64,000 bases of DNA from Balanoglossus misakiensis (GCA_040954595.2 CM082582.2:4324303-4388302); one strand, 5' to 3'; positions 1-14,540 are shown, counted from the stretch's first letter. Translations and numbers: made by a program. The notes: generated by a model from the sequence alone, not told the origin.

Positions 1-2352
1 ATACCTTAGAGCGGCCACCTTGGCATCAGTCGGGATGTCTTCGTCCACTGTAATTAGAAACTCTTCGCGGGGAGACTGGGCTCCCGTAGACAGGGATTCC
101 CAAACATTGAACCCGTCGATGTCGTCTGTAACGAATCGAACAAACACATAGCACCTTTTTGGAAAGATGGAGTGCTTTCGACCAGGTGAGTCGATAAGAA
201 TTAGGATGTGGTCTCCGAATGAAGAAGCTTGCAATGAATAAAATGTTCTCTTATCTGTGCTTGCATGAAATGAAACAACACTCAAGCACGTTGTAGGACA
301 CGTCGTATGATCCTAACGTGTGTAATGAATTTTCAGGCGATAAATACAGTGTGTCACGTACGAGCCGTTGCCTACCTCGGTGGCAAATGATAGATATTTG
401 AATTCTCAACAGATTGCATACGTAACATGCATACGATGGTATAACCTTGTATAACTCACAGTTTATGCTGACCTTGGCGACGGATTCCACAAGAGACGGA
501 AAAATATCGGTAACATGGTACAACCTACAAAAATGTACAAAAATCTAATATTGTAAAATAGAATGAATATGAAAGAATATTTTATATTTGCAATCACATT
601 ACTGCCGTTATTTTTCCGTTGAAAAAGTGTATTTATCATCGGATACATAATAGGCCTAGTCCAAGTCTCGCTCCCGTGCAGATCACGACGGTTCGCTAGT
701 GCGCCACTGGTGGTATGACTACATGTATAGGCGAGGGTCGTCGTGACCAGCCCAGGGCGATCCGCCCGCCAGCATAAGGTCACTCGTCATGTCCGTAGTA
801 CCGGAATCGAGACTAGCTTTTAATAGGTCTAAAAGCTTGGGAAAAATCCCAGTTAAAAATTATGTTTTTAAAATTAACACCAACTCAGTTCGACACAGAT
901 GCCTGTGATCTACTTACTCATGATTGACGTATCCTGTTTTCTCGATTCCCTTTCCCGCCAAGAGCCCGACTGACTTTAAACCGCCTTCGAAGAGACTGGC
1001 CTTGTTTCCTCGCAGCGGCCAGTTGCTGGCGCCAAACGCGACATCGCCCCCATTCTGTTACAAAAAGAGAGGTGAGCATGTGCAAAACCATGCAGAGACT
1101 CTCGTTACAAAGATTTATAGTAGTCAATGCCATAAGGCTGTGTGCTGTCCTAACGACAGACAAGATGGCGGCGAGCATAATCTGTGTCGGAGGTCTGGAA
1201 ATACAGCAAATTTGGTGAAAAAAGGGACGAAGCTAAAGTCTACTTATACGGCGCATGAAATATTGAAGTAAGCGAAGGTAGTCCACTATTTGAATGCGTC
1301 GAATGTAAAATCAGCATAACATTTGGATTTGCACAAATTACACACATGCGCATAAAACGGGCTCTATCTCTGAGCGCGCAATTTGATTAAATGGGAACGC
1401 AGAAAGACTCTAACCTACAGAACAGAAATGAATCAGTCCATGCATTTAGAACAATGTAGAATCTACTCACGTCTGAATGGAATATGATCAAGGAATCTTC
1501 AAACATCCCCTTTTCTTCCAACTTGGCGCGAATGACTCCAACTACGGAATCCATCATTGTAACTTGGCCTTAAATACATGAAAGAAGTTTAAAATTAAAA
1601 TTAAGGATGAGATGCAGGTTTTTTTGCATCGTTATAATGGCGTCCGGACTGTCTTTCAGACGAGCGAGAGATTTTAGAAATGACAGGATGCAAATGTTAA
1701 TTTGAAGTGGAGAACATTGCATTAATCGCTTACCTGAATAATTTCTTCGCAGTAGGTCAGATACGGTGTCTTCATACATGTCTGCATATTCTTGTGGTAC
1801 CTGTATACATGATACAACTGGTCATGTTAAATGGGTCATGCACTACCACGTTGCTATATCATATGAGGCGACGGGGAATTCGTAATGTAATCGACCAAAA
1901 CTGCATTCTGACTATTATTTCTGCTCTAAATTATAGTATCACTATTCTCGGCTATTAAAACAGAAACAAATATGCTCTGCCACACTACAGTCTGATCACC
2001 GGGTAAGACCTCGCCCTGCACTTACCTGGGCAGGTGAATGGACTTGTTGGAACGACATAATGAGAAACATAGGTTCAGAAGCGTCATGGCTATCGATGTA
2101 CTCGATAACTTTTTCTTCGTAAAGGTACTGTGGAAATGAAATTAGTAACGCCAGTTTCAGTGTTGGTAGATACTCGTAATTTGATACAAATGTACTAGAT
2201 TGCAGCTTTGTGCTTTGTTGTCGTGGTATGATTGCGTTCTGTGGCTCGACTACAGTAGCTCCGGCTGACACCGTGAAAATGTCGTGTATTTTAGCCATTT
2301 AAACTGTTGCATGCGAAACAGAAGGGACGGATGGAGGGGAAGGGAGAGGGGA

Positions 2353-2390
<38 letters not shown>

Positions 2391-5300
2391 GGAGGAGGGG
2401 AAGGAGGGATGGATCGACGTCAAAGGAAAGCATCCTAAAATACATTATACATTATACAGTTCAAAGGGAAGGGGTCCTCGCGCCGCGTTGGTGTCCCCCT
2501 TGACAAGAATATGTCCTCCCATACCAGCACGAAGCCCACCGCAGTCGCCACAACATACTAGGATCTTCAGTTGCTGCCTTATCCCGTCTACGCTACGGTG
2601 AACTGCTTCGTTCATTCTAAAATTTATCTTATTTCAGGGATATGTGGGCGAATTCTAACGTTCATCATATGGATAACATACCGTGGCATATACTGTGTTA
2701 TTGATTGGAATTGATGGCTGGCCCGCGATCTCCTCGTGCATGTCAATACCATAGTACACTCCAGGTCTGTATGGCCCTGAAAAACAAAATTCATGTGTTA
2801 TCGGCTTATCTGACCAAGGGAATCGCCGTGCTTGCCATAGTAAAAGAATTCGATGATGCGTTGCTTGACGTGTATATTTTCCTTACCGAATTCAGACAGG
2901 GTGTGAGTGTAAAAATCCATTCCTCCGTTGTAGAAACCGTAGAATTTGTCAACGCCACGGCTGTTGGGCAGGTACTCCTCCTTACAGAATCCCAAGTGCC
3001 ATCTGAGAAATGAAAGTTGTTGAGTGGTCAGAGCTATGGCCAATAGCTGGCGGGAAATTGGCGATTCGCATGATTTGTGAAGTTAACATGCTGCATAGGC
3101 AAATATATATGCAATTTTGCACCGTAGGCTCCAAACAAATCAAACGTGTATGACCATAGGCCTACACTGGAAAAGTTGGTACCTTAGACAGTTTATGTGT
3201 AACAATTTTTACGGACATGCGAGTAAAATGCATCTTCAAAGCAACAATGTTCTGTTGCCCTGATTAATGGTTTTTAACAAGTCTTAGAGCAAAAAAGAAC
3301 CGGTAGTAGAGTTTTACGTACTTTCCCACGTAGTATGTTTTGTAGCCGACTTCCTTGAATATCTCGGGCAATATCTTCAAATCGACGGGCAGTCCGTGCG
3401 GTAAGCACGGTAAGAAAACCCCGTGCTGATATTTGAAAAAGCGAGTTTAAGAAGGTTAATATCAACCCGGTATGTAGTTGTTTTTTTTGCTATAAAAACA
3501 GCACAGCGGAAGATGTAAAGTTTAATTAAGCCTTCCCGGAAGCAACCTTTGTGCCTATGTGGACATGAAAGTGCAATTTTCCCCACAGTTGGCTGGCAAA
3601 TGTTTTAAAAATATCCTCCGATCCCTTCCCCGAACGTCAAATGGTTTGCCAAAATAAAAATATGTGCTGTTCCCATTACCCGACCTACCGTAATTTTAAC
3701 CCGCTGAACCTAATCTTTTTAGAGCTTCGTCCGGAAGTAAAAATAATGATATCAAATATGCAAAAATTCTGAAAATTGCGCGAATCACGCGAGAACTATG
3801 ACGTCGTTCTTTTCTACTACGGCGACCAGAGAAATAAAATCCAATAGCAAAAAAAAAAAAAAAAAAATCCCTACCTACCAACCTAATTTGAATACCATGT
3901 AATCGGAACAGCGCATATTATTTTTTGGCCTTAGGATGAATGTTTCGCGTCCGGCGAAGAGATTGCGCTAGTTTGAGAGCGTCAATGCATCATTAGGCCT
4001 ACCATCCACAACATTGATCTGGTCATGTCTCTTGATGGCTGACACACACGACAACATTAAAACATAACGACAAATATGTACATAAGGTACAAATGAAACT
4101 AGTGGAACAAAATGTTCTCCAATAGTACTAACAATGTATATTGTATATTCCGATTGATGAAATTTTGTTTTCTAACCTGGCTCCCTGTGCGTGATGGATA
4201 GAAACCGGTCATGAGGGCGCTGCGTGTTCTGTGGAGAAATTAGTCTGAATGGTAAACGCCAATACATTAGGCGAGACCCAGGGTTTATGGGGAAAAGGCT
4301 TGGATTATTTCTATTAGATACAACATTGGTCGATTTGTAGGCTACAGCATTTACATCGTTTGTCGTCAAAGCATTAGGCGGGAACATATAAGCTGATGTT
4401 GATCTCCATGTGCAAATAACAGAAAGTTGGCCATGGGTACGGTCATTTGGTGACTGCAGTGACTTCATATTCTTGTTAAAGGTATATGGTCACATATGGA
4501 CATTTAGCTACAGTTACCATGGTAAACTTGAGATGTAGCCAATCACGGATTTTTAGTGGTTGGCACACGCGTAAAAAACAGCGCCGCCATATGTTCTTTA
4601 GAACCCTCAAATAGCAATTTCAGCCATATATGGGCGTAAAACTATGTAAATTGGAGGTGACTGTATACATGTACCTTTAAACCCCGCGCACGCGCACACC
4701 AGTTGCGTACGCGCGCACACCTACACGTCTAGGTCTGAAAAACACTTACGGCGAGCACACGCTTTCGGTGTAGAAGTTTTCCAGGATGACGCCTTCGTCG
4801 GCCAATCGTTGTAGGTTCGGCGTTATCATGCTCTCGTCATGCCAGCTGACGTCATTCCAACCTAGGGGTAGACAACGTGAAGCCTTTATCAGTGAATAGG
4901 TCCCATGGGCTGATGACGGTGTTACACTGTCACATACATGTATTACTTTTATGTTGTAATTAACCGCAAATGGCATTGTATACGTAATCCTCCTGTTGTA
5001 AAAACCTGACACCAACTTCAGTCTTCGGTAGTCTATATAAACGCTATAATTAACATGATTTTGCTCTTTGGGTGTTAAGCTCAACTAAATTGTTGTTTAC
5101 AGACAACATACGACAAAAAGCAAAGTTTCACAAACCGCTGACATCATGCCCTCTAGAATGTCATCATGTGCTTCGTTCGTGGTTCCGTCGAACTGACGGT
5201 CAAATCAAAGTCGCGAGAAAAACTTTGTTCACGCCAACTCTATAAGCTGTGGATGAGTGACTCACCTAAGTCATCTGCAATCAGGTACACAACATGTGTT

Positions 5301-5625
5301 CGTTGCGGTGATTTCTTATTCTCAGAAGAGTCCGAGTTCTCCGACGTTTCAGCTGTGTAAAAAGTGTCATTTTCTTATTCTGGTGTCTGTGATATTTTTG
5401 CATTTAAAGGTAGCATTACTGGTAATAAACAGCCACCTGCTGTACGTAGGCAACGGATCTCTTGTTTACCGATGAAAAAAATTGAGATATGCAACTTTTA
5501 GAAATAAACTGAACGCTGGCGTACACTGTCGCGGGACAGTTTCGCACAATGTACGATTAATACTTACCCAAAGCAAGCTTTATGGCGAACGTGACAAGTA
5601 GAAGCTTTGCTGTTAAACCGATCAT
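1..5625 (-). CDS. Arylsulfatase B/I/J-like sulfatase (family S1), copy A; exons 1-13, 3' end runs off the window
   Basis: ATG at 5625 gives signal peptide MIGLTAKLLLVTFAIKLAL. GT-AG exons give HVVYLIADDLG/WNDVSWH...TPNLQRLADEGVILENFY, the FGly motif CSP|TRSALMTG (exon 4177-4228), GYKTYYVGK|WHLG, HSP, HSD|NGG...SNWPLRGNK and HVTDIFPSL. The last visible exon is at about 5-126. Confidence 0.93.
1080..1345. repeat. Dispersed repeat family member
   Basis: Shares ACAGACAAGATGGCGGCGA...CAGCAAA...CATGAAATA with 44655-44910 and with the mirrored copy at ~11925-12200. Confidence 0.7.
2357..2383. repeat. (AG)n microsatellite
   Basis: Direct reading; absent or much shorter in the mirrored arm (~10605-10630). 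Confidence 0.9.
3648..3929. mobile_element. MITE-like insertion with ~30-bp imperfect terminal inverted repeats (TIRs)
   Basis: GCCAAAATAAAAATATGTGCTGTTCCCATTA ... TAATCGGAACAGCGCATATTATTTTTTGGC. Absent from the mirrored intron (~9355). A related end occurs at ~31620-31685. Confidence 0.6.
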
Positions 5626-7544
5626 CTTGGAGGAACTGAAAACGAAGCGAAAAAAAGTGGGTAACTGCTGCGTTATCGTGCTACAGACACGTTCACAAAC
5701 ACCGACGACAATTTTGCAAGCAAAAACGCGCGAATTTTCTAAATTTGTGAAAGGACGTGATTCCAGAAACGGGAAACGACTCTTAGAGGTGAATGTGGCG
5801 GCCGTGGGCCAACTTCGTGAACTGGATCCCTCACCCGCGTTGCCTTGCAGATCAGAACTGTAAAGCTGTATGCCTTTAGTTGCGGGCCCATTTAAAGTCA
5901 CATCCCGGTTCGACTTCGTGAAAGACAACATGGAACCATCTGTTAGAGATAAAACAACAAAAAATATGACTACCATAATGAGCATTGAACAAAATTATGA
6001 GTGTGCATGTATACTTTGTTTCCCTTTTAAATGTACAATCCGCTTGTAGATTCCAGTAGTACTTTAGTAAGTAGTATATCAATAAATTCACGATTTAATG
6101 ACTTAAAAATGACAATATCAAAAAGCCGTGGTCACTGCACGGCGGTGATAAATTTGTGGTTGACAGACAGAAAATGACAATCATATTCCTTACCTGTTGA
6201 ATGTTCATGTTGAATAACGGCTGTAGAAAGAAAAATGGTGACGACTCAAAGCCGCCGCAACCGTCTCCTCCTCCCCCCCCCCCCCCGCATTAATCCAAAA
6301 TACCTCATTAGAATCTGTGGCATCATAATACTACACATCATCACATTAAACTGTGTTTAGGAGTATTTGTTTTAGAAAACAGGGAGTCTAATGTCTTGTT
6401 TTCGCAAAACGACTACTTTAATTGTTTTAGCCATACTGTTAACACAGAAAATGGCTGCCATTTTGAAACAATTTTGCTCTTTCATTCGAAGTTTTGCATA
6501 GTAACCCCAAATTTCTATTATCAGTTCTAAGGAGAATAGCCCAAGAAGTTGGCTTGAACAAAATATGAGAAAACGTTTTAAGGTGTTGATGCATTTTCGA
6601 GCGTGTGCTATCTTGAATGAAACCAGTCACCACCTTTCAAGACCTGTTGCATTCTGTTGAATTGAGTATACCAAGACTATATTCCTGTCCCAGAGTTCAA
6701 GTGAGGGACAATGCCAAAATGTCGTAATCAAAGGCACCTTTGTCTACGATCCTTTAAAATTCATATCTACCCTTTTCTGAAAGTTTGAAGTAGAAAACGG
6801 AAAAATATTGATATCCTAGTAGCAGTCCATGTGACCCCTGAAATCCGCTGAATCCCAGTACTAAAAGTTTCTATAGACATGGCATATGTAATTTAAGCTT
6901 AATGGCATGGTTTAAATTTTTATACAGGTACCAAACATACGTCATATAGATTTTGTACGATGCGGGGGCATCGAAGTTTTAATTACATGGGCTGAAAACA
7001 GAGATATTGGAAGAGATTACTACAAAAACATTTTACATTCAGTTTTATGGTTATATCAATATGCCCCCTTTTTATGCTTTTATGAAAGCTTAACCGCGGC
7101 TTTTTGATATTGTCATTTTCTAAGTCATTCAATCGTGAATTTATTGATATAATACTAATCTAATACACTCATATTTGTGTAATGCCCATTCTGGTTGACA
7201 TATTTTTGTTGTTTATCTCTAACTCTCTAACAGATGGTTCCATATTGTCTTGCGCTGTCGATTCAATCGATCTTTCACGAAGTCGAATCGGGATATGACT
7301 CTAAATGGGCCCGCAACTATCTGCAAAGCAACGCGGGTGGGGGATCCTGTTCACGAAGTTGGCCCACGGCCGCCACATTCTCCTCTCAGAGTTGTTTCCC
7401 GTTTCTGGAATCACGTCCTTTCACAAAATTAGAAAATTCGCGCGTTTTTGCTTGCAAAATTGTCGTCGGTGTTTGTGAACTTGTCGGCTGCACGATAACG
7501 CAGCACTTACCCACGTTTGTCGCTTCGTTTTCAGTTCCTCCAAG

Positions 7545-10500
7545 ATGATCGGTTTAACAGCAAAGCTTCTACTTGTCACGTTCGCCATAAAGCTTGCTTT
7601 GGGTAAGTATTACACACAAATTGCGCGAACTGTCCCACGTACACCCCCATTGCCGAGGGGAAGTGACCAGGGCTCTCACGTAGTATACTGTCACTGACCG
7701 ACTCCACGGACAATACCACAATTCACGGTGGAGGCCGCTCCAAATCACGAGGGTGACTGAAGACACGCCAACAATATGGTATCGCTCATAAGCCATATTG
7801 TAGTGATGTTGACATTTTGTTTTCTTTTATTAGCTTCCATTTTCCGACCACGCTTACGATGCAGATATTTTGTTGACAATAACAAGCTTTATATGCAAAT
7901 GGTATTTTTTGGAGAAAATATTTTAAAGAGATAATGTTTCGCTAGTAACTATAGCAGTGTGACAACATCCGATCTCGAAAAACACGGAGTTTAAAAGGCA
8001 TTCATTTGATGATCCCACGACAGTGTCCAGTCTATTTCTAAAAGTTGCATATCCCAATTTCCTTCATCGGTAAACAAGACCTCCGTTGTCCACGTAGGGC
8101 AAGTCGTTGTTTGTTAATGCTACGTTCAAATGCAAAAATATCACATACACCGGAATAAGAAAATCATGACACTTTTTACACAGCTGAAACGTCGGAGAAC
8201 TCGGACTCTTCTGAGAATACGGAATCACCGCAACGAACACATGTTGTGTACCTGATTGCAGATGACTTAGGTGAGTCACTCATCCACAGCTTATAGAGTT
8301 GGCGGGAACAGAGTTTTTTTCTCGCTATTTTTGATTTGGCCGGCAGCCCGACGCAACCACGAGCGAAGCACATGATGACATTCTAGAGGGCAGATGTCAG
8401 CTGGTGGTGAAACTTTTAATAATATAGTTGAGTACCCAAAGAGCACAATCATGTTAATTATAGCGTTTATATAGACTACTGAACACTGAAGTTGGTGTCA
8501 AGCTTTTTACAACAGGACTACAATGCCATTTGCGGTTGAATACAACCTGAAAATGAGAGACACGACCGGTCGGTAACTCATTTGTTCATCCAAAGATCTC
8601 AAGAAATTTAGGTGCCTTTTTATAGTGTCGCATGGCACGATACATTTTTAGCGCTAAACTAACACCAAAAAAATAAGTGACAGTGTAAGCCTATTCACTG
8701 ATAAAGGCTTCACGTTGTCTACCCCTAGGTTGGAATGATGTCAGCTGGCATGACGAGAGCATGATAACGCCGAACCTACAGCGATTGGCCGACGAAGGAG
8801 TCATCCTGGAAAACTTGTATACCGAAAGCCTATGCGCGCCGTAAGTGTTTTTCAGATCCAATTATATACGTGTTAGTAGGTGTGCGCGCACGCGACTGGT
8901 GTGCGCGTACGTAGGGTTAGCAAGAATTGAATATGACGCCACTGTACGATTCCAGTCACCGAATGTCCGTTCGCATTTTCAACTTTCTGTTTTTTACTCA
9001 CGGAGATCGGCGACAGCTTATGTGTTCCCGCCAAATGTGTACATGCTAGCCTACAAAATCAACCAAGCTTTACAGGCAAAGATGTTGTATCTAACAGAAA
9101 TCATACCACCCTTTCCCCCATAAATTAAAGTGGGTCTCGTACAAGGTACGTCGTATTGTCGTTTACCATTCAGACTAATTTCTCCACAGAACATGACCGG
9201 TTTCTATCCATCACGCACAGGGACACAGGTGAGAAAACAATGCAATTTCATCAAGCGTAATTGTTAGCAGCATTGGCGAACATTTTGGTCGACCAGTTTC
9301 GTTTGTACTTTATGTACATATTTGTCGTTATGTCAGACTGTTGTCGTGTGCTTCAGGAACCATTTGACGTTCGGGGAAGGGATTGGAGGATATGAAAAAT
9401 GTTGCCAGCCAACTGTGGGGAAATTGCATTTTCATGTCCACGTAGACAAGAAGGTTGCTTCCAGGAAGGCTTAAACTTTACATCTTTCGTTGTACCGTTT
9501 TTATTACAGTAAAAAAAAAACTACCAGGTCAATATTAACCTTAAAATCTTTCTCGTTGTTTTTAAATATCAGCATGTGGTATTCTTACCGCACATACCGA
9601 ACGGCCTACCCGTCCATTTGAAGATACTGCCCGAGATATTCAAGGAAGTCGGCTACAAAACATACTACGTGGGCAAGTACGTAAAACTCTACTGTCGGTT
9701 CCTAATTGCTCTTGTTAACCAGTAACCAGGGCAACAGACCATTGTCGCTTTGAAGATTCATGTTATTCGCAAGTCCGTAAGAATTGTTATATGCTAAACT
9801 GCCTGAGGTACAAACTTTTCCAGTGTATGGTCATACACGTTTGATTTATTTGGAGCCTATGGTGCAAAATTGCATATATTTGGCTATGCAGCATGTTAGC
9901 TTCAAAAAATGCGAATCGTCAATTTCCCGCCAGCTATTGGCCATTGTCCTGACCACTCAACAACTTGCATTTCTCAGATGGCACTTGGGTTTCTGTAAGG
10001 AGGAGTACCTGCCCAACAGCCGTGGCGTTGACAAGTTCTACGGTTTCTACAACGGAGGGATGGATTTTTACACTCATGGCTTGTCAGAATTCGGTAAGGA
10101 AAAGAGAGATTGCAAGCAACGCATCGTTGAATTCTTTTACCGTGGCAAACACGGCGATTCCTCGGGACAGATAAGTCGATAACACGTGAATTTTGTGGGT
10201 ATTTTCAGGGCCAACCACCACTGGAAATTACTATGGGATAGACCTGCGCGAGGAGATCGCGGGCCAGCCATCAATTCCAATCAATAACACAGTATATGCC
10301 ACGGTATGTTATTCATATGATGAACATTAGAATTCGCCCACATATCCCTGAAATTAGATAACTAATAGAATGAACGAAGCAGCCCACCGTAGCGTAGACT
10401 GGGCATGATAGCAACTGAAGATCCTAGTAGGTCGTGGCGACTGCAGTGGGGTTTGCTCTGGTATAGGAGGACATATTCTCATCAAGGGGGACACCCACGC

Positions 10501-13500
10501 GGCGCGATGACCCCTTCCCTTTGAACTGTATGCTAGTGGTGTCGATCTTATACGACATTTACGTCTAAATAATGTATTTTTAGGATGCTTTCCCTGACGT
10601 CAATCCATCTCTCCCTCTCCCTCCCTCCCTTTTGGTTCGTAACATGCAACAGTTCAAATGGCTAAAATACACGAAATTTTCACGGTGTCAGCCGCCACTA
10701 CTGTAGTCGAGCCACAGACCTCAGATTGCAATACCACCACAACAACAAACAAAGCGCAAAGCTGCAATCTGGTATCAAACCACAAGTATCTACCAACACT
10801 GAAACTGACGTTGTTAATTTCATTTCCACAGTACCTTTACGAAGAAAAAGTTATCGAGTACATCGATAGCCATGACGCTTCTGAACCTATGTTTCTCATT
10901 ATGTCTTTCCAACAAGTCCATTCACCTGCCCAGGTAAGTGCAGCCGAGGTCTTACCCGGTGATCAGACTGTAGTGTGGCAGAGCCAGCCATCTGGCATAG
11001 CATATTTGTTTCTGTTTTAATAGCCGAGAATAGTGATACTATAATTTAGAGCAGAAATAATTGCCAGAATGCAGTTTTGGTCGATTACATTACGAAACAT
11101 TTAAAGTGCGTTGTTGGGAGACGGCGAGATGATGGGTCTTTTTTCCGTCGACCTCACCTCATATGATTTAGCAACGTGGTAGTGCATGACCCATTTAACA
11201 TAACCAGTTGTATCATCTATACAGGTACCAAAAGAATATGCAGACATGTATGAAGACACCGTATCTGACCTACTGCGAAGAAATTATTCAGGTAAGCAAT
11301 CAATGCAATGGTCTTCACTTCAAATTAACATTTGCATCCTGTCATTTCTAAAATCTCTCGTCGGATGACCGACTTCCGTATCAGGAGTTAAAGACAGCCC
11401 GGACGCCATTATAACGACGGAATTGTTACCCCATTCATCAAAGTCTCAATATATCCATGTGAATTCATCAAGAATGGTCATTTTTTTTTTTGGGGGGGGG
11501 GGGAGTGACAATGGACAATACTCTGGAGATGTGTAGCTGTACTCAGCTATAGTAAGGACAGACGATCTCGTTGTTGAAATCCCGTCAGCATGTGACCACC
11601 AATTCGTATGCAAATCTCGGATTTCCACGTTAACATTGTTTTGGTTTTAAATTTAAACTTCTTTCTGGTAACCATGCATTTAAGGCCAAGTTACAATGAT
11701 GGATTCCTTAGTTGGAGTCATCCGCGCCAAGTTGGAAGAAAAGGGGATGTTTGAAGATTCCTTGATCATATTCCATTCCGACGTGAGTAGATTCTACATT
11801 GTTCTAAATGCATGGACAGGTTCATTTCTGTTCTGTCGGTCGGTCAGAGTCCTTCTGCGTTCCCATTTAATCAACCTGCGCGCTCAGAGATAGAGCCCGT
11901 TTTATGCGCATGTACATTGCGTAATTTCGTTTGTAAAAACATTACATCAAATCCAGATGTTCTGCTAATTTTGCGTTCGACGCATTCAAATAGTGGACTG
12001 ACTACCTTCGCTTACTTCAATATTTCATGCGCCGTATAAGTAGACTTTAGCTTCGTCCCTTTTCACCAAATTTGCTGTATTTCCCGACCTCTGACACAGA
12101 CTATATTCGCCGCCATCTTGTCTGTCGTTAGGACAGCATGCAGCCTTATGGCATTGACTACTATAAATCTTTGTAACGAGAGTCTCTGCATGGTTTTGCA
12201 CATGCGCACCTTTCTTTTTGTAACAGAATGGGGGCGATGTCGCGTTTGGCGCCAGCAACTGGCCGCTGCGAGGAAGCAAGGCCGGTCTCTTCGAAGGCGG
12301 TTTAAAGGCAGTCGGGTTTTTGGCGGGAAAGGGAATCGAGAAAACAGGATACGTCAATCATGAGTAAGTAGATTTCGAACTGAGTTGGTGTTAATTTTAA
12401 AATAAAAATTTTAACTGTGATTCTTCCCTAGCCTACGCTGAAACTTTTTATGTACACAAATGATGAATGCGTATATGTTAAAAACGTTCGGAACGGACAC
12501 ATTCAAGTTTTCAGCGACGAAAAAACTGCAGTGATGTGACTGCAAAAAAAAAAATTCTTTCACATTCGGTCTGTTTTACAATATTAGATTTTTATACATT
12601 TTTGTAGGTTGTACCATGTTACCGATATTTTTCCGTCTCTTGTGGAATCTGTCGCCAAGGTCAGCATAGACAGTGAGTAACTTATACAATATTGCATCAG
12701 TTTGTCATCTCTTGGCGACGCATACCACGATAGCTGCATACTTTTGGTATGGAAGCTGATTAAAGGGGTGCAGCACCTGTTTAATACATAGCGTATTCAA
12801 CACTGCAACATACAGCCACATTAGGGCGTCGATCAAATGTTGATGTATACCTACAATTAAGCTTTAATATTTAGATGGACTTATTTAAAATGGAAAATAA
12901 AATCATGAAAATAACGCAAAAGGTGGCAGCTCTAGAGGCTTTAAATCACCCAATCTTCCCAAGAAGGTGTTATGTGTTTGTTCGATTCGTTACAGACGAC
13001 ATCGACGGGTTCAATGTTTGGGAATCCCTGTCTACGGGAGCCCAGTCTCCCCGCGAAGAGTTTCTAATTACAGTGGACGAAGACATTCCGGCTGATGCCA
13101 AGGTGGCCGCTCTAAGGTATAGCAATCAACGGCCCAAATATTGGCGTCCTTTCACAAATATGTCATTGTGTACTCACTGAAAAACAATCAATCTGATTAA
13201 AATCAGATGTAGAGAAAGGCGACGTCTGTATTCTCTTATGCTGCACCGCGTACCGACGTCGCCGTGGTCTAGGCCTACATCTGATTTTAATCAGATCGTG
13301 AAAAAAATTGAAATGGTAATTCGACCGCAGGTAAAAAATGGGGTACATATAAGGCCACCGACGTATAACTTTACACAAAATTTTGAACATGATCAATGGT
13401 ATCTCATCCAATGCGTATAAGCCAGATAATCAAACCCAGGGCAGTTAATCTAATAAGCAGTTGGCTGTGATTTTATGTGCATTTATAGTTTTCACATATT

Positions 13501-14540
13501 CGTAGACGGCTTGTAGTTGGGGGGATATAGCGACCACACAATTTTTGTCCACATAGAAACGCGGTGTTCAAGTGAGTCATGCTCCAAAAAGTCTCGTTTA
13601 TACAGTGGAATTTTGTGTTTAATCATAGAATGGTTTATACAACAGATACCGTGATTGGAAGTACATCGAAGGTTATCCGTCATCACTCATATATCCGTCT
13701 TTCTCCAGTAAGTATCCCCGCGCATCTCGACTATTTATAAAAAGATCATCAGATTTCTAGATGCGGTACTCATTAGCATGTAAATTGAACTACAACATGA
13801 ATAGACAATGTTTTTATGTACACGTCACCTGGCGTGAAACCTATGACAAAGTGACATGCCAAGTATAGGCAGTTGTGGTTTGACGTAGACTTGTTCTCCT
13901 CTGTAACACAGCTATTTTCCACTGGCACAAGACTCCTTACCACGGACCTGACGTCATTCCCAGTCCGGATAATATGACCACTCCCACGTGGCTGTTCAAT
14001 TTGCGAAGTGAGTTGCTGACATGGTTTCAAATCTTTACTGTATGTAATTCGTTGCTCTCGTTCGTTGCACAAACGCATTTTTTGTGTCCCACTTTGTAGA
14101 AACATCATGAAAGGCTTGGTACATTACTCGTAAGCTTACCGACACAGCACACAAACACACACACAAACCAATGGTTCCAGAACATACCTCTATGTATTAA
14201 TATAGTATGACTCTTAATAAGGAGTAAAGTTTCAGCGTTTCATCATGTTCAGCTGCTGTAAATTTTGACATCCTGCTTTTCAGATATCGCAAATCAAGGT
14301 GTTCTAACATGCGATAACAAGCTACACGTGCCCCCTCCCTCTAAATCTCTAATCGTTTTTTTTTCAGATGACCCCTTCGAGATGCACAACTTGGCAGACG
14401 AGGAGCCCGTCATGGTAGAGTTCTTGCACGACAAACTGGAAGCATATCGAGCGACAGCGGCCCCGCCCTTCTGGCCAGCCGAAGACCCGAACTGTGACCC
14501 AGACCTCTACGGGGGCTTTTGGAGTGCCGGTTTCTGTTAG
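7545..14540 (+). pseudogene. Arylsulfatase B-like copy B, 16 exons, disrupted by a 13-bp deletion in exon 4
   Basis: Exons start at about 7545, 8184, 8729, 9190, 9573, 9978, 10209, 10832, 11225, 11685, 12227, 12608, 12996, 13646, 13912 and 14368; the last ends DPFEMHNLA...GGFWSAGFC*. Exon 4 (9190-9228) is 39 nt versus 52 nt in copy A, and splicing gives CAP-T-TGA (stop at 9194-9196). Confidence 0.8.
13191..13297. repeat. Short foldback/MITE-like palindrome
   Basis: ATCTGATTAAAATCAGATGTAG ... CTACATCTGATTTTAATCAGAT, plus an internal GGCGACGTC/GACGTCGCC pair. Confidence 0.6.

Larger units (their letters stand above)
1..13120. repeat. Large inverted segmental duplication: arms <1-~6133 and ~7093-~13120, unique spacer about 1 kb
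   Basis: Exons, introns and upstream regions of the two sulfatase copies are reverse complements, visible as mirrored ORF translations (e.g. 924-1271 vs 12025-12357). The arms differ by indels. Confidence 0.95.

Noticed and set aside
5557-5985. 142-aa ORF with a hydrophobic N-terminus
   Set aside because: Only its last ~20 codons are the sulfatase signal exon; the upstream frame is not preserved in the mirrored copy.
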